From Cellvibrionales bacterium (GTDB lineage Bacteria > Pseudomonadota > Gammaproteobacteria > Pseudomonadales > UBA7434), in assembly GCA_041941365.1 (NCBI GenBank), contig JBGTQK010000002.1, forward strand, positions 158,419-222,418: DNA of 64,000 bases. The letters are read 5' to 3'. Positions 1 to 9,753 of the stretch are shown piece after piece (within the stretch, counting starts at the first letter, position 1; each line of letters begins with the position of its first letter). Below the pieces are notes generated by a model. That model worked only from the letters and a program-made list of their open reading frames with translations, was not told the DNA's origin and searched no databases. Made by a program: the position numbers and the translations under genes.

Positions 1-973
1 AGGATGTCCCTTTCGTTACAGGTGTATATGGTTTCGACTTCTTACCTAATGCTATTAATGCATCTTCAAACCAATCTTTTGCAAGGTCACCTGCTAATAA
101 AACCAGCACTCCGCCTTCTTCAGAAATTTTTTGCATACATCGTTGCATATTCCAGCTTGGCTTTTCATTAATCTGGGTACCAATCAAATCTCTAACAGCA
201 GAACAAGTGTGCACTCTAACTAATGTTGGTGAATCTGAATCAATCTTTCCTTTCACTAATGCCAGATGGGTATCGTTGGTTATCATATCTTTAAAAGCAT
301 ATAACTCTAACTGGCCATAATCAGTATTAACTACTCCTTTTTGTACCGGCTCAATCGTTTTCTCATGCAATAAACGATAGTGAATCAAATCGGCAATCGT
401 ACCGATTTTTAGTTCATGCTTTTCAGCAAAAATATCCAGATCTTCTCGTCGAGCCATTTTTCCATCATCGTTAATTATCTCTACAATAACAGCCGTCTCA
501 TCAAATCCCGCCAATCTTGCAAGATCCACACTTGCCTCTGTATGCCCTGCACGAACCAGAACCCCGCCTGGCTGAGCCATAAGCGGAAAAATATGACCCG
601 GCTGCACAATATCATTCGGCTTAGCATTTTTGTTAGCTGCTGCTTTTATTGTAGTTGCTCTATCCGCTGCGGAAATACCCGTTGTTACACCACTTGCAGC
701 CTCTATCGAAAGCGTAAAGTTAGTTCCATGAGAAGCGCGATTATCATCTACCATTAAAGGCAAATCCAGCTGTCTACAGCGCGCTCTGCTCATTGGCATA
801 CAAATGAGACCGCGACCTTCTTTGGCCATAAAATTCACAGCCTCAGGCGTTATACATTCCGCTGCTATAACAAGATCACCTTCATTTTCTCTATCTTCAT
901 CATCCATCAGGATAACCATTTTACCAAGGCGCAGGTCAGTAATAAGCTCTTCTATAGTATTTAATGGGCGCAT
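1..973 (-). CDS. ribB: 3,4-dihydroxy-2-butanone 4-phosphate synthase with a C-terminal GTP-cyclohydrolase-II-like domain (RibB/RibBX type). The 3' end runs off the window.
   Basis: Manual minus-strand translation from the ATG at 973..971 gives MRPLNTIEELITDLRLGKMVILMDDEDRENEGDLVIAAE...RAGHTEASVDLARLAG, the DHBP synthase signature. It is absent from the ORF track because it is open at the window edge. It lies directly after ribE in the rib operon. The C-terminal part (LVRVHTCSAVRDLIG) lacks the Cys cluster of a true RibA. Confidence 0.85.
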   Translation of the reverse strand, partial: MRPLNTIEELITDLRLGKMVILMDDEDRENEGDLVIAAECITPEAVNFMAKEGRGLICMPMSRARCRQLDLPLMVDDNRASHGTNFTLSIEAASGVTTGISAADRATTIKAAANKNAKPNDIVQPGHIFPLMAQPGGVLVRAGHTEASVDLARLAGFDETAVIVEIINDDGKMARREDLDIFAEKHELKIGTIADLIHYRLLHEKTIEPVQKGVVNTDYGQLELYAFKDMITNDTHLALVKGKIDSDSPTLVRVHTCSAVRDLIGTQINEKPSWNMQRCMQKISEEGGVLVLLAGDLAKDWFEDALIALGKKSKPYTPVTKGTS

Positions 974-1006
974 AATTTTATAACTACTCTATGTGATCAG
1001 CTCTAT

Positions 1007-1606
1007 TTACTTAAGTTGTGACAAACGCTCAAGGTATCTGGCGATTATATCGACTTCAAGATTTACTTCAGTACCTACTTTATATTCCGAAAATAAGGTA
1101 TTTTCAAAAGTATGCGGGATAATATTAAGCTCGAAGACTTCATTATTCACTGAATTCACAGTTAAGCTTGTACCATCTACACATATGGAGCCTTTTTGAG
1201 CAATATACCTTGCAAATTCTTCGGGCGCAGCGATTGAAAAACGCCAGGAACGCGCCTCTTTATCAATACTCAATACTTTACCCACACCATCAACATGCCC
1301 GGAAACCAGGTGACCTCCCAACATAGCATCTGGTGTTAAGGATTTTTCAAAATTCACTGCAGAACCTTCGTTTAAACTACCAAGAGTCGTGCAATTTAAA
1401 GTTTCTACAGAAACATCTGCCCCAAAACTATCTTCATCCAATTGCTTTACTGTAAGGCAAACACCATTAACCGCAATACTGTCACCTAATTCTACCCGAT
1501 CAAAATCAAGCGCTTTTGATGAAAATATAAAATGCTTATCTCCATCAATTTCCTGAACAGAAGTCACTTTTCCTAACGCTTGTATTAAACCTGTAAACAA
1601 AATCAA
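1007..1606 (-). CDS. ribE: riboflavin synthase alpha subunit
   Basis: 199 aa. MILFTGLIQALGKV N-terminus and GGHLVSGHVDG second lumazine-binding repeat. Lies between ribD and ribB. Confidence 0.9.
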   Translation of the reverse strand: MILFTGLIQALGKVTSVQEIDGDKHFIFSSKALDFDRVELGDSIAVNGVCLTVKQLDEDSFGADVSVETLNCTTLGSLNEGSAVNFEKSLTPDAMLGGHLVSGHVDGVGKVLSIDKEARSWRFSIAAPEEFARYIAQKGSICVDGTSLTVNSVNNEVFELNIIPHTFENTLFSEYKVGTEVNLEVDIIARYLERLSQLK

Positions 1607-1621
1607 TACCTCACTAAAGCA

Positions 1622-2785
1622 TTAAATAATCTGTTTTGGTAACAATGTATACCATTGATCCTCACCTATTGACTGACACCCTTCACACACAAAAGTCATT
1701 GCATCAGACAACATTTTAAAATTTATATCCGCTAAGGGCCGTGCTTTTGAACCAAGTATTTTAGGTGCAACAAACAGCTCAAGCTTGTCAATCCAACCTT
1801 CTTGTAACACTCTACCTAAAAGAGTTGCACCTGCTTCAAGCATTACCTCGTTGTATTCTAACTCAGCCAAAACAGTGATAACGCTTTTGAGATCAAGCCC
1901 CTTTTCCAGCCCTTGTTGATCACTCGCAAAATCTACTTTTTGCAAAACGACCCCGGCATTTTCCAGTTCGGCTTTTTTGGAAAAATCAACTACACTCTTC
2001 TCGCTTTCGCCATAAAAAACAATAACTTTTCTACTTTTTGCTGATTCTACTATTTTGGAAGCTAGCGGTATTCTTAAATGGCTGTCTAACACAGCTACAG
2101 CAGGTTGTCTCATTACTGGAAAACCCACTTCATCTTCGCGCACATTTAAACGAGGATTATCTTGAAGTACCGTTCCAATTCCAGTCAATATTACGCAACT
2201 TTGTGCTCGCATATCCTGTACTACTTTTCTGGAATCCTTACCAGTTATCCAGTAACTCTCACCTGAATCCATCGCCGTACGCCCGTCAAGGCTGGTTGCA
2301 ATTTTTGCACGTATTACTGGCAATCCTTTCTGCATGCGCTTAAAAAAACCTTTATTAAGTGACATAGCCTCCTCACTTAACAATCCTCCTTTAACACTAA
2401 TACCGCTGGACTCCAGAATATTTCGACTTTTACCTAACATTTCTGGATTGGGGTCCTCAACTGCATATATAACTTCTTTAACACCAGCTTTTATTAATGC
2501 TTCAGTGCAAGGGCCAGTTCTTCCCGATTGACTACAAGGTTCCAGAGTTACATAAACTGTTGAATTTTGACTCTGCTCACCTGCTTCTTTCAAGGCAAGT
2601 ATTTCAGCATGAGGAAGCCCTGCTTTTTCATGCCACCCTTGACCAACAACCTTGCCATTCTTAACAATGACCGAGCCTACTCTCGGATTTGGCGTACTCG
2701 TATACACCCCCTGCTTTGCTAAATCCAATGCCATACCCATCATTCGATGGTCCTGATCATTAAATAAGGAATCTTCTGGCATCAT
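1622..2785 (-). CDS. ribD: bifunctional diaminohydroxyphosphoribosylaminopyrimidine deaminase / 5-amino-6-(5-phosphoribosylamino)uracil reductase
   Basis: 387 aa. Deaminase zinc motifs HAEILAL and PCSQSGRTGPC, followed by a reductase-like C-terminal half. nrdR-ribD order is conserved. Confidence 0.9.
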   Translation of the reverse strand: MMPEDSLFNDQDHRMMGMALDLAKQGVYTSTPNPRVGSVIVKNGKVVGQGWHEKAGLPHAEILALKEAGEQSQNSTVYVTLEPCSQSGRTGPCTEALIKAGVKEVIYAVEDPNPEMLGKSRNILESSGISVKGGLLSEEAMSLNKGFFKRMQKGLPVIRAKIATSLDGRTAMDSGESYWITGKDSRKVVQDMRAQSCVILTGIGTVLQDNPRLNVREDEVGFPVMRQPAVAVLDSHLRIPLASKIVESAKSRKVIVFYGESEKSVVDFSKKAELENAGVVLQKVDFASDQQGLEKGLDLKSVITVLAELEYNEVMLEAGATLLGRVLQEGWIDKLELFVAPKILGSKARPLADINFKMLSDAMTFVCEGCQSIGEDQWYTLLPKQII

Positions 2786-2815
2786 TGATCACCAATATTA
2801 CTATCAATTGCAGAT

Positions 2816-3292
2816 TCATTTATCACTGTTCAGCTCTGTTGATTCCGCCGAAAGCTTGTCGATTTCCTGACGGAATTCTTTTAGATCTTCAAAACTTCTG
2901 TAAACAGAAGCAAACCTTACATAAGCAACATGGTCGAGTTCACGCAACTGATTCATTACTGCCTCACCTATTTTTAGTGACTTCACTTCACGCTCACCTG
3001 TAGCCATTAAACTATGTTTTATACTGGCAATAGCAGCCTCTATTTGCTCTACACTGACAGGCCTTTTTTCTAACGCTCTCAATATGCCAGAGCGTAGTTT
3101 TTCATCATCAAAAGGTTGTCTTATGCCATTTTGCTTTATCACTTTTGGAAGTAGAAGTTCTGCAGATTCATAAGTTGTGAAACGCTCTGAACAGGACTGG
3201 CATTCACGTCTACGACGCACCTGGCCTCCTCCTGCGACAAGACGAGAGTCAATAACTTTAGTATCTTCTGCCGAACAAAATGGACAACGCAT
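2816..3292 (-). CDS. nrdR: transcriptional repressor NrdR
   Basis: 158 aa. [17 protein letters not shown] zinc ribbon plus an ATP-cone. Confidence 0.95.
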   Translation of the reverse strand: MRCPFCSAEDTKVIDSRLVAGGGQVRRRRECQSCSERFTTYESAELLLPKVIKQNGIRQPFDDEKLRSGILRALEKRPVSVEQIEAAIASIKHSLMATGEREVKSLKIGEAVMNQLRELDHVAYVRFASVYRSFEDLKEFRQEIDKLSAESTELNSDK

Positions 3293-3313
3293 AACTTGAT
3301 ATCAGCTTATTAA

Positions 3314-4567
3314 TTATTTATAAACAGGATAACGCTGGCATAAATCAGCCACCTGATTTCTCACCCGTTCTATTACAGACTGTTCATTCACATCTTCTAA
3401 AATGTCACACATCCAGTGTGTTAGCTGTATACACTCATCTTCTTTAAAACCACGAGTAGTAATAGCCGGAGTTCCCACCCGTAAACCACTGGTTATGAAC
3501 GGAGAACGAGGATCATTTGGCACAGCATTTTTGTTCACTGTAATATGCGCACTTCCTAGCGCCGCATCTGCATCTTTGCCTGTATACTCCTTACCAATCA
3601 AATCCACCAGCATCAGATGATTTTCTGTACCCCCGGATACAATTTTAATACCTCGCTCCATAAATGTATTTGCCATAGATTTTGCGTTAGAAACCACTTG
3701 CTGCTGATAAACTATAAATTCTTCACTCATCGCTTCTTTAAAACTTACTGCTTTTGCCGCAATAACATGCATTAAAGGCCCGCCCTGGCCACCTGGAAAT
3801 ACTGCTGAATTAAACTTTTTTTCCAGCTCCGGATTTTCCTTGGCTAAAATAATACCACCTCGAGGACCACGTAATGTTTTGTGTGTAGTAGAGGTTACTA
3901 CGTCTGCATAAGGGATAGGGCTTGGATAAACACCTGCCGCTATAAGGCCAGCTATATGCGCCATATCCACTAAAAGATATGCCTCTACTTCATCTGCTAT
4001 TTTTCTAAACCTCTCCCAATCTACTATACCCGAGTATGCACTAAAGCCTGCCACTATCATTTTTGGTTTATGCTCTTTGGCTAACGCTTCAACTTGCTCG
4101 TAATCAATTAAACCGGTTTCTTCATTTAGCCCATACTGTACCGAGTTGTAGACCTTACCGGAAAAATTTGGTTTGGCACCGTGAGTAAGATGCCCCCCTG
4201 CATCAAGACTCATCCCCAATACCGTATCTCCAGCTTGCAATAAAGCCAGATAGACAGCAGCATTTGCTTGCGAACCAGAATGAGGTTGAACATTGGCATA
4301 CGCCGCATTAAACAGTTGCTTGGCTCGCTCAACAGCCAGATCTTCTGCACGGTCTACATATTCACAACCACCATAATAGCGTTTACCTGAATAACCCTCT
4401 GCATATTTATTCGTTAAGACCGTACCCTGCGCTTCCATAACACGCGGACTACAATAATTCTCGGAAGCAATCAGCTCAATATGCTGTTCTTGTCGACTTT
4501 CTTCAGCTGAGATAGCCTCAGCAAGTTCATTATCAAAACCAGCAATAGCCATTGTTTTATCAAACAT
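3314..4567 (-). CDS. glyA: serine hydroxymethyltransferase
   Basis: 417 aa. PLP-lysine motif [12 protein letters not shown] and full-length collinearity with GlyA. Confidence 0.97.
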   Translation of the reverse strand: MFDKTMAIAGFDNELAEAISAEESRQEQHIELIASENYCSPRVMEAQGTVLTNKYAEGYSGKRYYGGCEYVDRAEDLAVERAKQLFNAAYANVQPHSGSQANAAVYLALLQAGDTVLGMSLDAGGHLTHGAKPNFSGKVYNSVQYGLNEETGLIDYEQVEALAKEHKPKMIVAGFSAYSGIVDWERFRKIADEVEAYLLVDMAHIAGLIAAGVYPSPIPYADVVTSTTHKTLRGPRGGIILAKENPELEKKFNSAVFPGGQGGPLMHVIAAKAVSFKEAMSEEFIVYQQQVVSNAKSMANTFMERGIKIVSGGTENHLMLVDLIGKEYTGKDADAALGSAHITVNKNAVPNDPRSPFITSGLRVGTPAITTRGFKEDECIQLTHWMCDILEDVNEQSVIERVRNQVADLCQRYPVYK

Positions 4568-4801
4568 TCAATAACTCCATTCAGTAACAACTAAAAAAGA
4601 TAACCACCTGATAAATTATCATTCAGGCATTAAATTAGTACGGATCAGGAAAGAAAAACAGGTCATTTTAAAGTACAGTGCCCCTAAAAACTACGTCAAT
4701 AATCATTGTTAGTCAGAGTAAATATGCCTAAATATGATACGGAATCAACTGTACATTTATGATACGCTAAAAAAATTGACTACATCAAAAACCTGGGGAG
4801 C

Positions 4802-5443
4802 TTGAGGAGAATGATAAGAGGCTATTTAAATAATATTCTCAGAGGAATCCGCTATATCTCGCTATGTCTAGCCTGTGTAATACTGTCAGCAACTGTATTT
4901 GCAGAAGAAAAGAATACCAACAAAAAAAATGTGCAGCCTGTTATAACAGCGGGAATCACTTTTGGTGGCGATGAAATCAGCAAAGAAGAAATTGAGAACA
5001 TATTCGGCGACGACGATACTGACTCTATCGACGCAGGTGAAATGATCTATTTCGCAGCCGGCGCAGCATTTAATATCACTAACACATTTCAACTACAGAC
5101 TACTTTCGGTATACACCTGGATTCAATCAATGGCAGTAATGGTGACACAGGCTTTTATCGCTATCCACTGGAAGTTATTGGCTTTTATAAAAATGACAAG
5201 TTCAGAATCGGTGGGGGTATCTCACATCACCTTAACCCAAAATACGAACGAGATGTTGATGGCGACCCAAAAATAAATGTTGACTTTGATGACACAACAG
5301 GCCTTGTTATTCAAGGAGATTATCTGATTACCAGGCAAATACCTATTGGAATTCGTTATATGGATATTGATTACGATGGAGGCGACTCTGTAAAAAGTTT
5401 TGACGGCAGCCATATTGGAATTGTTATTAGTTGTTTATTTTAG
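4802..5443 (+). CDS. small outer-membrane beta-barrel protein (hypothetical)
   Basis: 213 aa. Signal-like LCLACVILSATVFA|EE, alternating beta-strand pattern, and C-terminal ...IVISCLF ending in Phe as in OMP barrels. The track start at 4802 is TTG. ATG at 4811 is an alternative start. Confidence 0.55.
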   Translation: MRRMIRGYLNNILRGIRYISLCLACVILSATVFAEEKNTNKKNVQPVITAGITFGGDEISKEEIENIFGDDDTDSIDAGEMIYFAAGAAFNITNTFQLQTTFGIHLDSINGSNGDTGFYRYPLEVIGFYKNDKFRIGGGISHHLNPKYERDVDGDPKINVDFDDTTGLVIQGDYLITRQIPIGIRYMDIDYDGGDSVKSFDGSHIGIVISCLF

Positions 5444-5563
5444 CAAATATAATTATATTCGAACTATTAAAAACCTTTTTTATTTTAATCCTGTTATACA
5501 AATAGTACTATTAACAGTAGGCTCATCAATTCATCCCTCAGAATATCAAGCTGGAGAAACAAC

Positions 5564-7225
5564 TTGGCACAATACGTCTACACAATGAATCGTGTGGGGA
5601 AAATCGTCCCACCTAAACGTGAAATTCTAAAGGATATTTCTTTATCTTTTTTCCCCGGCGCCAAAATTGGTGTGTTAGGTCTTAACGGCGCAGGCAAATC
5701 GAGTTTACTTAGAATCATGGCCGGCATTGATAAAGAATATATTGGTGAGGCCAGACCTCAACCAGATATTAAGATTGGTTATTTGCCTCAGGAACCTGAA
5801 CTGGATTTAAATAAAGACGTTAAGGGTAATGTTGAAGATGGCCTTTCTGAAGTAGTCGACGCTCAAAAACGCCTGGAAGAAGTTTACGCTGCTTACGGTG
5901 ATCCCGATGCAGATTTTGATGCCTTGGCAAAAGAACAGCAACATCTCGAAAATATTATTGCTGCAGCCGACTCACACAATCTGGAACATAAGCTTGAAGT
6001 AGCTGCTGATGCTCTTCGTCTACCACCCTGGGATGCCGATGTATCTAAACTTTCTGGTGGAGAAAGACGCCGCGTTGCACTTTGCCGATTACTGTTATCT
6101 AATCCTGACATGCTTTTACTTGATGAGCCCACTAACCATCTTGATTCTGAAAGCGTCCACTGGCTTGAGCGATTTCTGGAAGATTTTCCAGGAACGGTCG
6201 TCGCAATTACTCACGATAGATATTTTTTAGATAATGCCGCTGGATGGATTCTGGAATTGGACAGAGGTAGAGGCATTCCCTATGAAGGAAATTATTCTTC
6301 ATGGCTGGAGCAAAAAGAACAACGCCTGGCAATGGAAGAAAAGCAGGAAGCCTCAAGACAAAAAACCATAAAATCTGAACTGGAATGGGTTCGCGCGAAT
6401 CCTAAAGGCAGACATGCAAAAAATAAAGCCCGCCTGGCGCGCTTTGACGAACTTAATTCACAGGAATTTCAAAACCGCAGTGAAACCAATGAAATTTATA
6501 TTCCACCCGGTGACAGGCTGGGAGACAGTGTAATTACGTTAGATAATATTTCCAAGTCTTTTGATGGCCGTTTATTATTTGAAAATCTCAGCTTTACTGT
6601 GCCCAAAGGCGCTATCGTTGGCATTATCGGTGGGAATGGTGTTGGTAAATCCACCCTTTTCAGAATGATTACAGGTATTGAAAAACCGGATAGCGGCACA
6701 ATTAAAATTGGTGAAACCGTTAAAATTGCTCATGTTGAGCAAATGCGAGATACCCTACAAGATTCGCAAACCGTTTGGGAAGCAGTTTCAGACGGCCACG
6801 ATATTATCAAAATTGGCAATTATGAAGTATCTTCAAGGGCTTATGTAGGACGTTTTAACTTTAAAGGAACAGACCAACAAAAACGTGTTGGTGAACTCTC
6901 TGGAGGTGAAAGAGGACGTTTGCAACTGGCTTGCACATTAAAACAGGGAGGCAATGTTCTACTTTTAGATGAACCTTCTAATGACCTGGATGTTGAAACA
7001 CTCCGTGCACTGGAGGAGGCACTCCTCTCATACCCTGGGTGCGCAATGATCATCTCCCATGATCGATGGTTCCTGGATCGGGTTTGCACACATATTCTAG
7101 CTTACGAAGATGACTCCGAGATCGTCTTCTTTGAAGGTAACTATAGTGAATACCGTGATGATTTAATCAATAGGAAAGGTGAAGCGGCTCAACCGAAGAG
7201 GGTCAAATACAAAAAGCTCGCTTAA
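5564..7225 (+). CDS. ettA: energy-dependent translational throttle protein EttA (ABC-F ATPase)
   Basis: 553 aa. Near-collinear with E. coli EttA from MAQYVYTMNRVGKIVPPKREILKDISLSFFPGAKIGVLGLNGAGKS, with two ABC cassettes. The start codon is TTG, with GGAG 7 nt upstream. Confidence 0.95.
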   Translation: MAQYVYTMNRVGKIVPPKREILKDISLSFFPGAKIGVLGLNGAGKSSLLRIMAGIDKEYIGEARPQPDIKIGYLPQEPELDLNKDVKGNVEDGLSEVVDAQKRLEEVYAAYGDPDADFDALAKEQQHLENIIAAADSHNLEHKLEVAADALRLPPWDADVSKLSGGERRRVALCRLLLSNPDMLLLDEPTNHLDSESVHWLERFLEDFPGTVVAITHDRYFLDNAAGWILELDRGRGIPYEGNYSSWLEQKEQRLAMEEKQEASRQKTIKSELEWVRANPKGRHAKNKARLARFDELNSQEFQNRSETNEIYIPPGDRLGDSVITLDNISKSFDGRLLFENLSFTVPKGAIVGIIGGNGVGKSTLFRMITGIEKPDSGTIKIGETVKIAHVEQMRDTLQDSQTVWEAVSDGHDIIKIGNYEVSSRAYVGRFNFKGTDQQKRVGELSGGERGRLQLACTLKQGGNVLLLDEPSNDLDVETLRALEEALLSYPGCAMIISHDRWFLDRVCTHILAYEDDSEIVFFEGNYSEYRDDLINRKGEAAQPKRVKYKKLA

Positions 7226-7586
7226 GCTAACAATCCTGAATGTATGTTTTGTTAAACAAAAGTATCACTTTCGTGGAACTATTTTGCTGTTCCATCTCGG
7301 ATAGCAATCACTATACGCCCAAAACATGTGCACCAGTTACGCTTTTTGACCAAACAACACTCCATAGATTCGCAATTACATTCACAAAGTCTAAGCTTTT
7401 ATTAACGGGGAAAGTGTTTTTATTAGCTATTACTTATTAAATTGACCAAGTTATGTAAGCTTCTCTACAACACCTGGGTATCTTATTCTGACAATATTTG
7501 CGATTGTAACTTGATATACAGTATCAGGCCCTCTTCCTCAAAACCAATTCAACTGCGTATACTGAAGAAGTGTCTGAGTAGCACCA

Positions 7587-9749
7587 ATGATAAGACAAAC
7601 AAGCCATTTTGCGAACAGTATAGAGACTGAACCGGATTCAAACTTCTCTACACTGAATACAAATACACACTCGGTTGTTTTTAATGATGAGCATGTAGAG
7701 CCATCTATTATTCTTGCTGTAGATCAGAACCTTTCATTTGTGGGTGAAAGCAATATTAATTTGTTAATCCCGAACTCAATTAATATATCGCTTTCAAAAG
7801 AATCCATATTTCATGAATTCATAAACGGCCTTATCCCGGAACAAAAAAGCAGCCTGATTGAAAATATTCAGCTGGTTATCAGAACCAAAACGCCTCAACA
7901 GTTAACCATAGTATCCAAATACATGAATGCTACGGAACGCTTTTCTATAAAAGTGTTGCCCGTTACTTTGGATAACCATGAAGCATCGAATTTTCTTCAG
8001 GACGATCCTGCAAACACACAAACTAAACAACACTGTCTTTTATTACTCGAAAGAATAAAAGAACTGCAATCAACGGCAAAATCTCACAATGATCTAGCAA
8101 AAAATTATTTGGAATTCACTTCAAATGCAATGGTAATCATTGATGCCACCAAAAATATAATCTTTGCGAATCAAGCATTCAAAAAAACATTGGGTATAGA
8201 CAGACTCACTTCAGGCAGTCTAGAAGATATTTTTTTATCCAATAACCTGGACAAAAAAACCAGTGATCATATATGGCACACATTATTTTACGAAAAACAC
8301 TGGAGTGGTGAGGTAAACCTGACATCAGGTTCAAAAAAGAATTGCTCTTTCTGGATTTCTGCTGAAGCTAAAGAAAATGAAAATGGATCAACGTACTATT
8401 ATTTTCTTTGCCATGAAATCGCATCAATAGGCAACATAAAAGAAAAGTTAGAACACAGCCTAACTCATGACCATACAACTGGACTCTTGAATCGATCTTC
8501 ATTTATTAAATCGCTTGATGAGCATATTAAAATTGCTAACGACAACAACAAAATTGGCGCTATTTTTTATATTGATATCGACTATTTTAAATTAATAAAT
8601 GAAGTTCATGGGGAAATCCTAGGTGATGTTGCTTTACTGAATGTTGCGACCCGTCTTAAAAAATCATTTAGAGAAGCAAGTCTGACATCAAGATTAAGCG
8701 GAGATTCATTTGCTATAGCCTTCAGTGATATTGGAGATTTTTCAAATGCCCACTTAATAGGAAAAAACATCCTAGAAAAAATCAAAACTCCTTTTCTAAT
8801 AGAAAATATCGAACTACAACTCAAATGCAGTATTGGCCTCGCTTCATTTAGCTCTGAGACCATCTCCAGTACAGAATTAATTAAACGTGCTGAAACTGCA
8901 ATGCATGCTGCAAAAGCGCTAGGGCGAAACAACCTGCAGTCATTTGATCATAGGCTCAGCCATGATCGATCAAAACAACTTAATATGCAAAATCATCTGA
9001 ATAATGCAATAAAAAACAAAGAATTCACTATGCATTACCAGCCCCAGTTTGATATGAAAACCAATAAACTGATTGGTGTAGAAGCTTTGATGCGTTGGTC
9101 TAACGAAGAACTGGGATCCGTTTCACCCGCTGTTTTTATACCTATCCTGGAATCGAGCGGTTTAATTTATGAAACCGGATTATGGATTATTGAAACAGTC
9201 TGTCGACAAATGAAAGTATGGAGAGAATTTTGCCAGATGGATTGCCCGGTCGGGGTTAATGTTTCTCGCTCACAATTAACAGAACCCAAATTTGCCAACT
9301 ATGTTATTGAAACACTCAATAAATTTGAAATTCCACCACACTTACTGGAAATTGAAATAACAGAAGAGGCCTGCACATCGAGTGAGAAAGTCATTCTGGA
9401 TACACTACAGAAGCTGCAAAGTCATGGCTGCAAAATTGCTATCGACGATTTTGGCACAGGATATTCCTCTCTCTCCAATCTACAAAACTTCCCTCTTGAT
9501 CGCTTAAAAATTGATAAAACCTTTATAGAAAAGGTGGATTATGATCAGAACTCTTACAACATAGCTTCGACTATTGTTAATTTAGGAAAAACGTTAAAGC
9601 TCGATATCATTGCTGAAGGTATTGAGACCAAGGAACAAATGAAACACTTACTTAAGATGGGCTGTAGAAATGCTCAAGGTTATTACTATAGCCGTCCTGT
9701 AAGTAATGTTGAATTTAATGAAAACTTTTTAAAGCCAAGAAAAAAATAA
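7587..9749 (+). CDS. PAS - degenerate GGDEF - EAL signalling protein (predicted c-di-GMP phosphodiesterase)
   Basis: 720 aa. The GGDEF position reads SGDSF (nt 8697..8711). EAL-domain motifs are intact: EALMRW, EIEITE, DDFGTGYSSL, EGIET, QGYYYSRP. A PAS-like region covers about aa 170-290. Confidence 0.85.
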   Translation: MIRQTSHFANSIETEPDSNFSTLNTNTHSVVFNDEHVEPSIILAVDQNLSFVGESNINLLIPNSINISLSKESIFHEFINGLIPEQKSSLIENIQLVIRTKTPQQLTIVSKYMNATERFSIKVLPVTLDNHEASNFLQDDPANTQTKQHCLLLLERIKELQSTAKSHNDLAKNYLEFTSNAMVIIDATKNIIFANQAFKKTLGIDRLTSGSLEDIFLSNNLDKKTSDHIWHTLFYEKHWSGEVNLTSGSKKNCSFWISAEAKENENGSTYYYFLCHEIASIGNIKEKLEHSLTHDHTTGLLNRSSFIKSLDEHIKIANDNNKIGAIFYIDIDYFKLINEVHGEILGDVALLNVATRLKKSFREASLTSRLSGDSFAIAFSDIGDFSNAHLIGKNILEKIKTPFLIENIELQLKCSIGLASFSSETISSTELIKRAETAMHAAKALGRNNLQSFDHRLSHDRSKQLNMQNHLNNAIKNKEFTMHYQPQFDMKTNKLIGVEALMRWSNEELGSVSPAVFIPILESSGLIYETGLWIIETVCRQMKVWREFCQMDCPVGVNVSRSQLTEPKFANYVIETLNKFEIPPHLLEIEITEEACTSSEKVILDTLQKLQSHGCKIAIDDFGTGYSSLSNLQNFPLDRLKIDKTFIEKVDYDQNSYNIASTIVNLGKTLKLDIIAEGIETKEQMKHLLKMGCRNAQGYYYSRPVSNVEFNENFLKPRKK

Positions 9750-9753
9750 CACG

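Noticed and set aside
416-757. 113-aa plus-strand ORF at the left edge
   Set aside because: It is antisense to the well-supported ribB reading frame, and its translation is Cys/Ser/Ile-rich and implausible.
5565-5570. TGGCAC strings examined as sigma-54 -24 elements (here at the ettA start; also near 3519 and 11196)
   Set aside because: None has a properly spaced TTGC -12 element, and they lie inside or antisense to coding sequence. No convincing PilR/sigma-54 target promoter is present, and pilA is not in this window.
7240-7630. Two short plus-strand ORFs (66 and 62 aa) between ettA and the GGDEF-EAL gene
   Set aside because: They have no RBS, an odd Cys-rich composition, and abut or overlap the start of the real gene. 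I treat the region as a non-coding promoter region.
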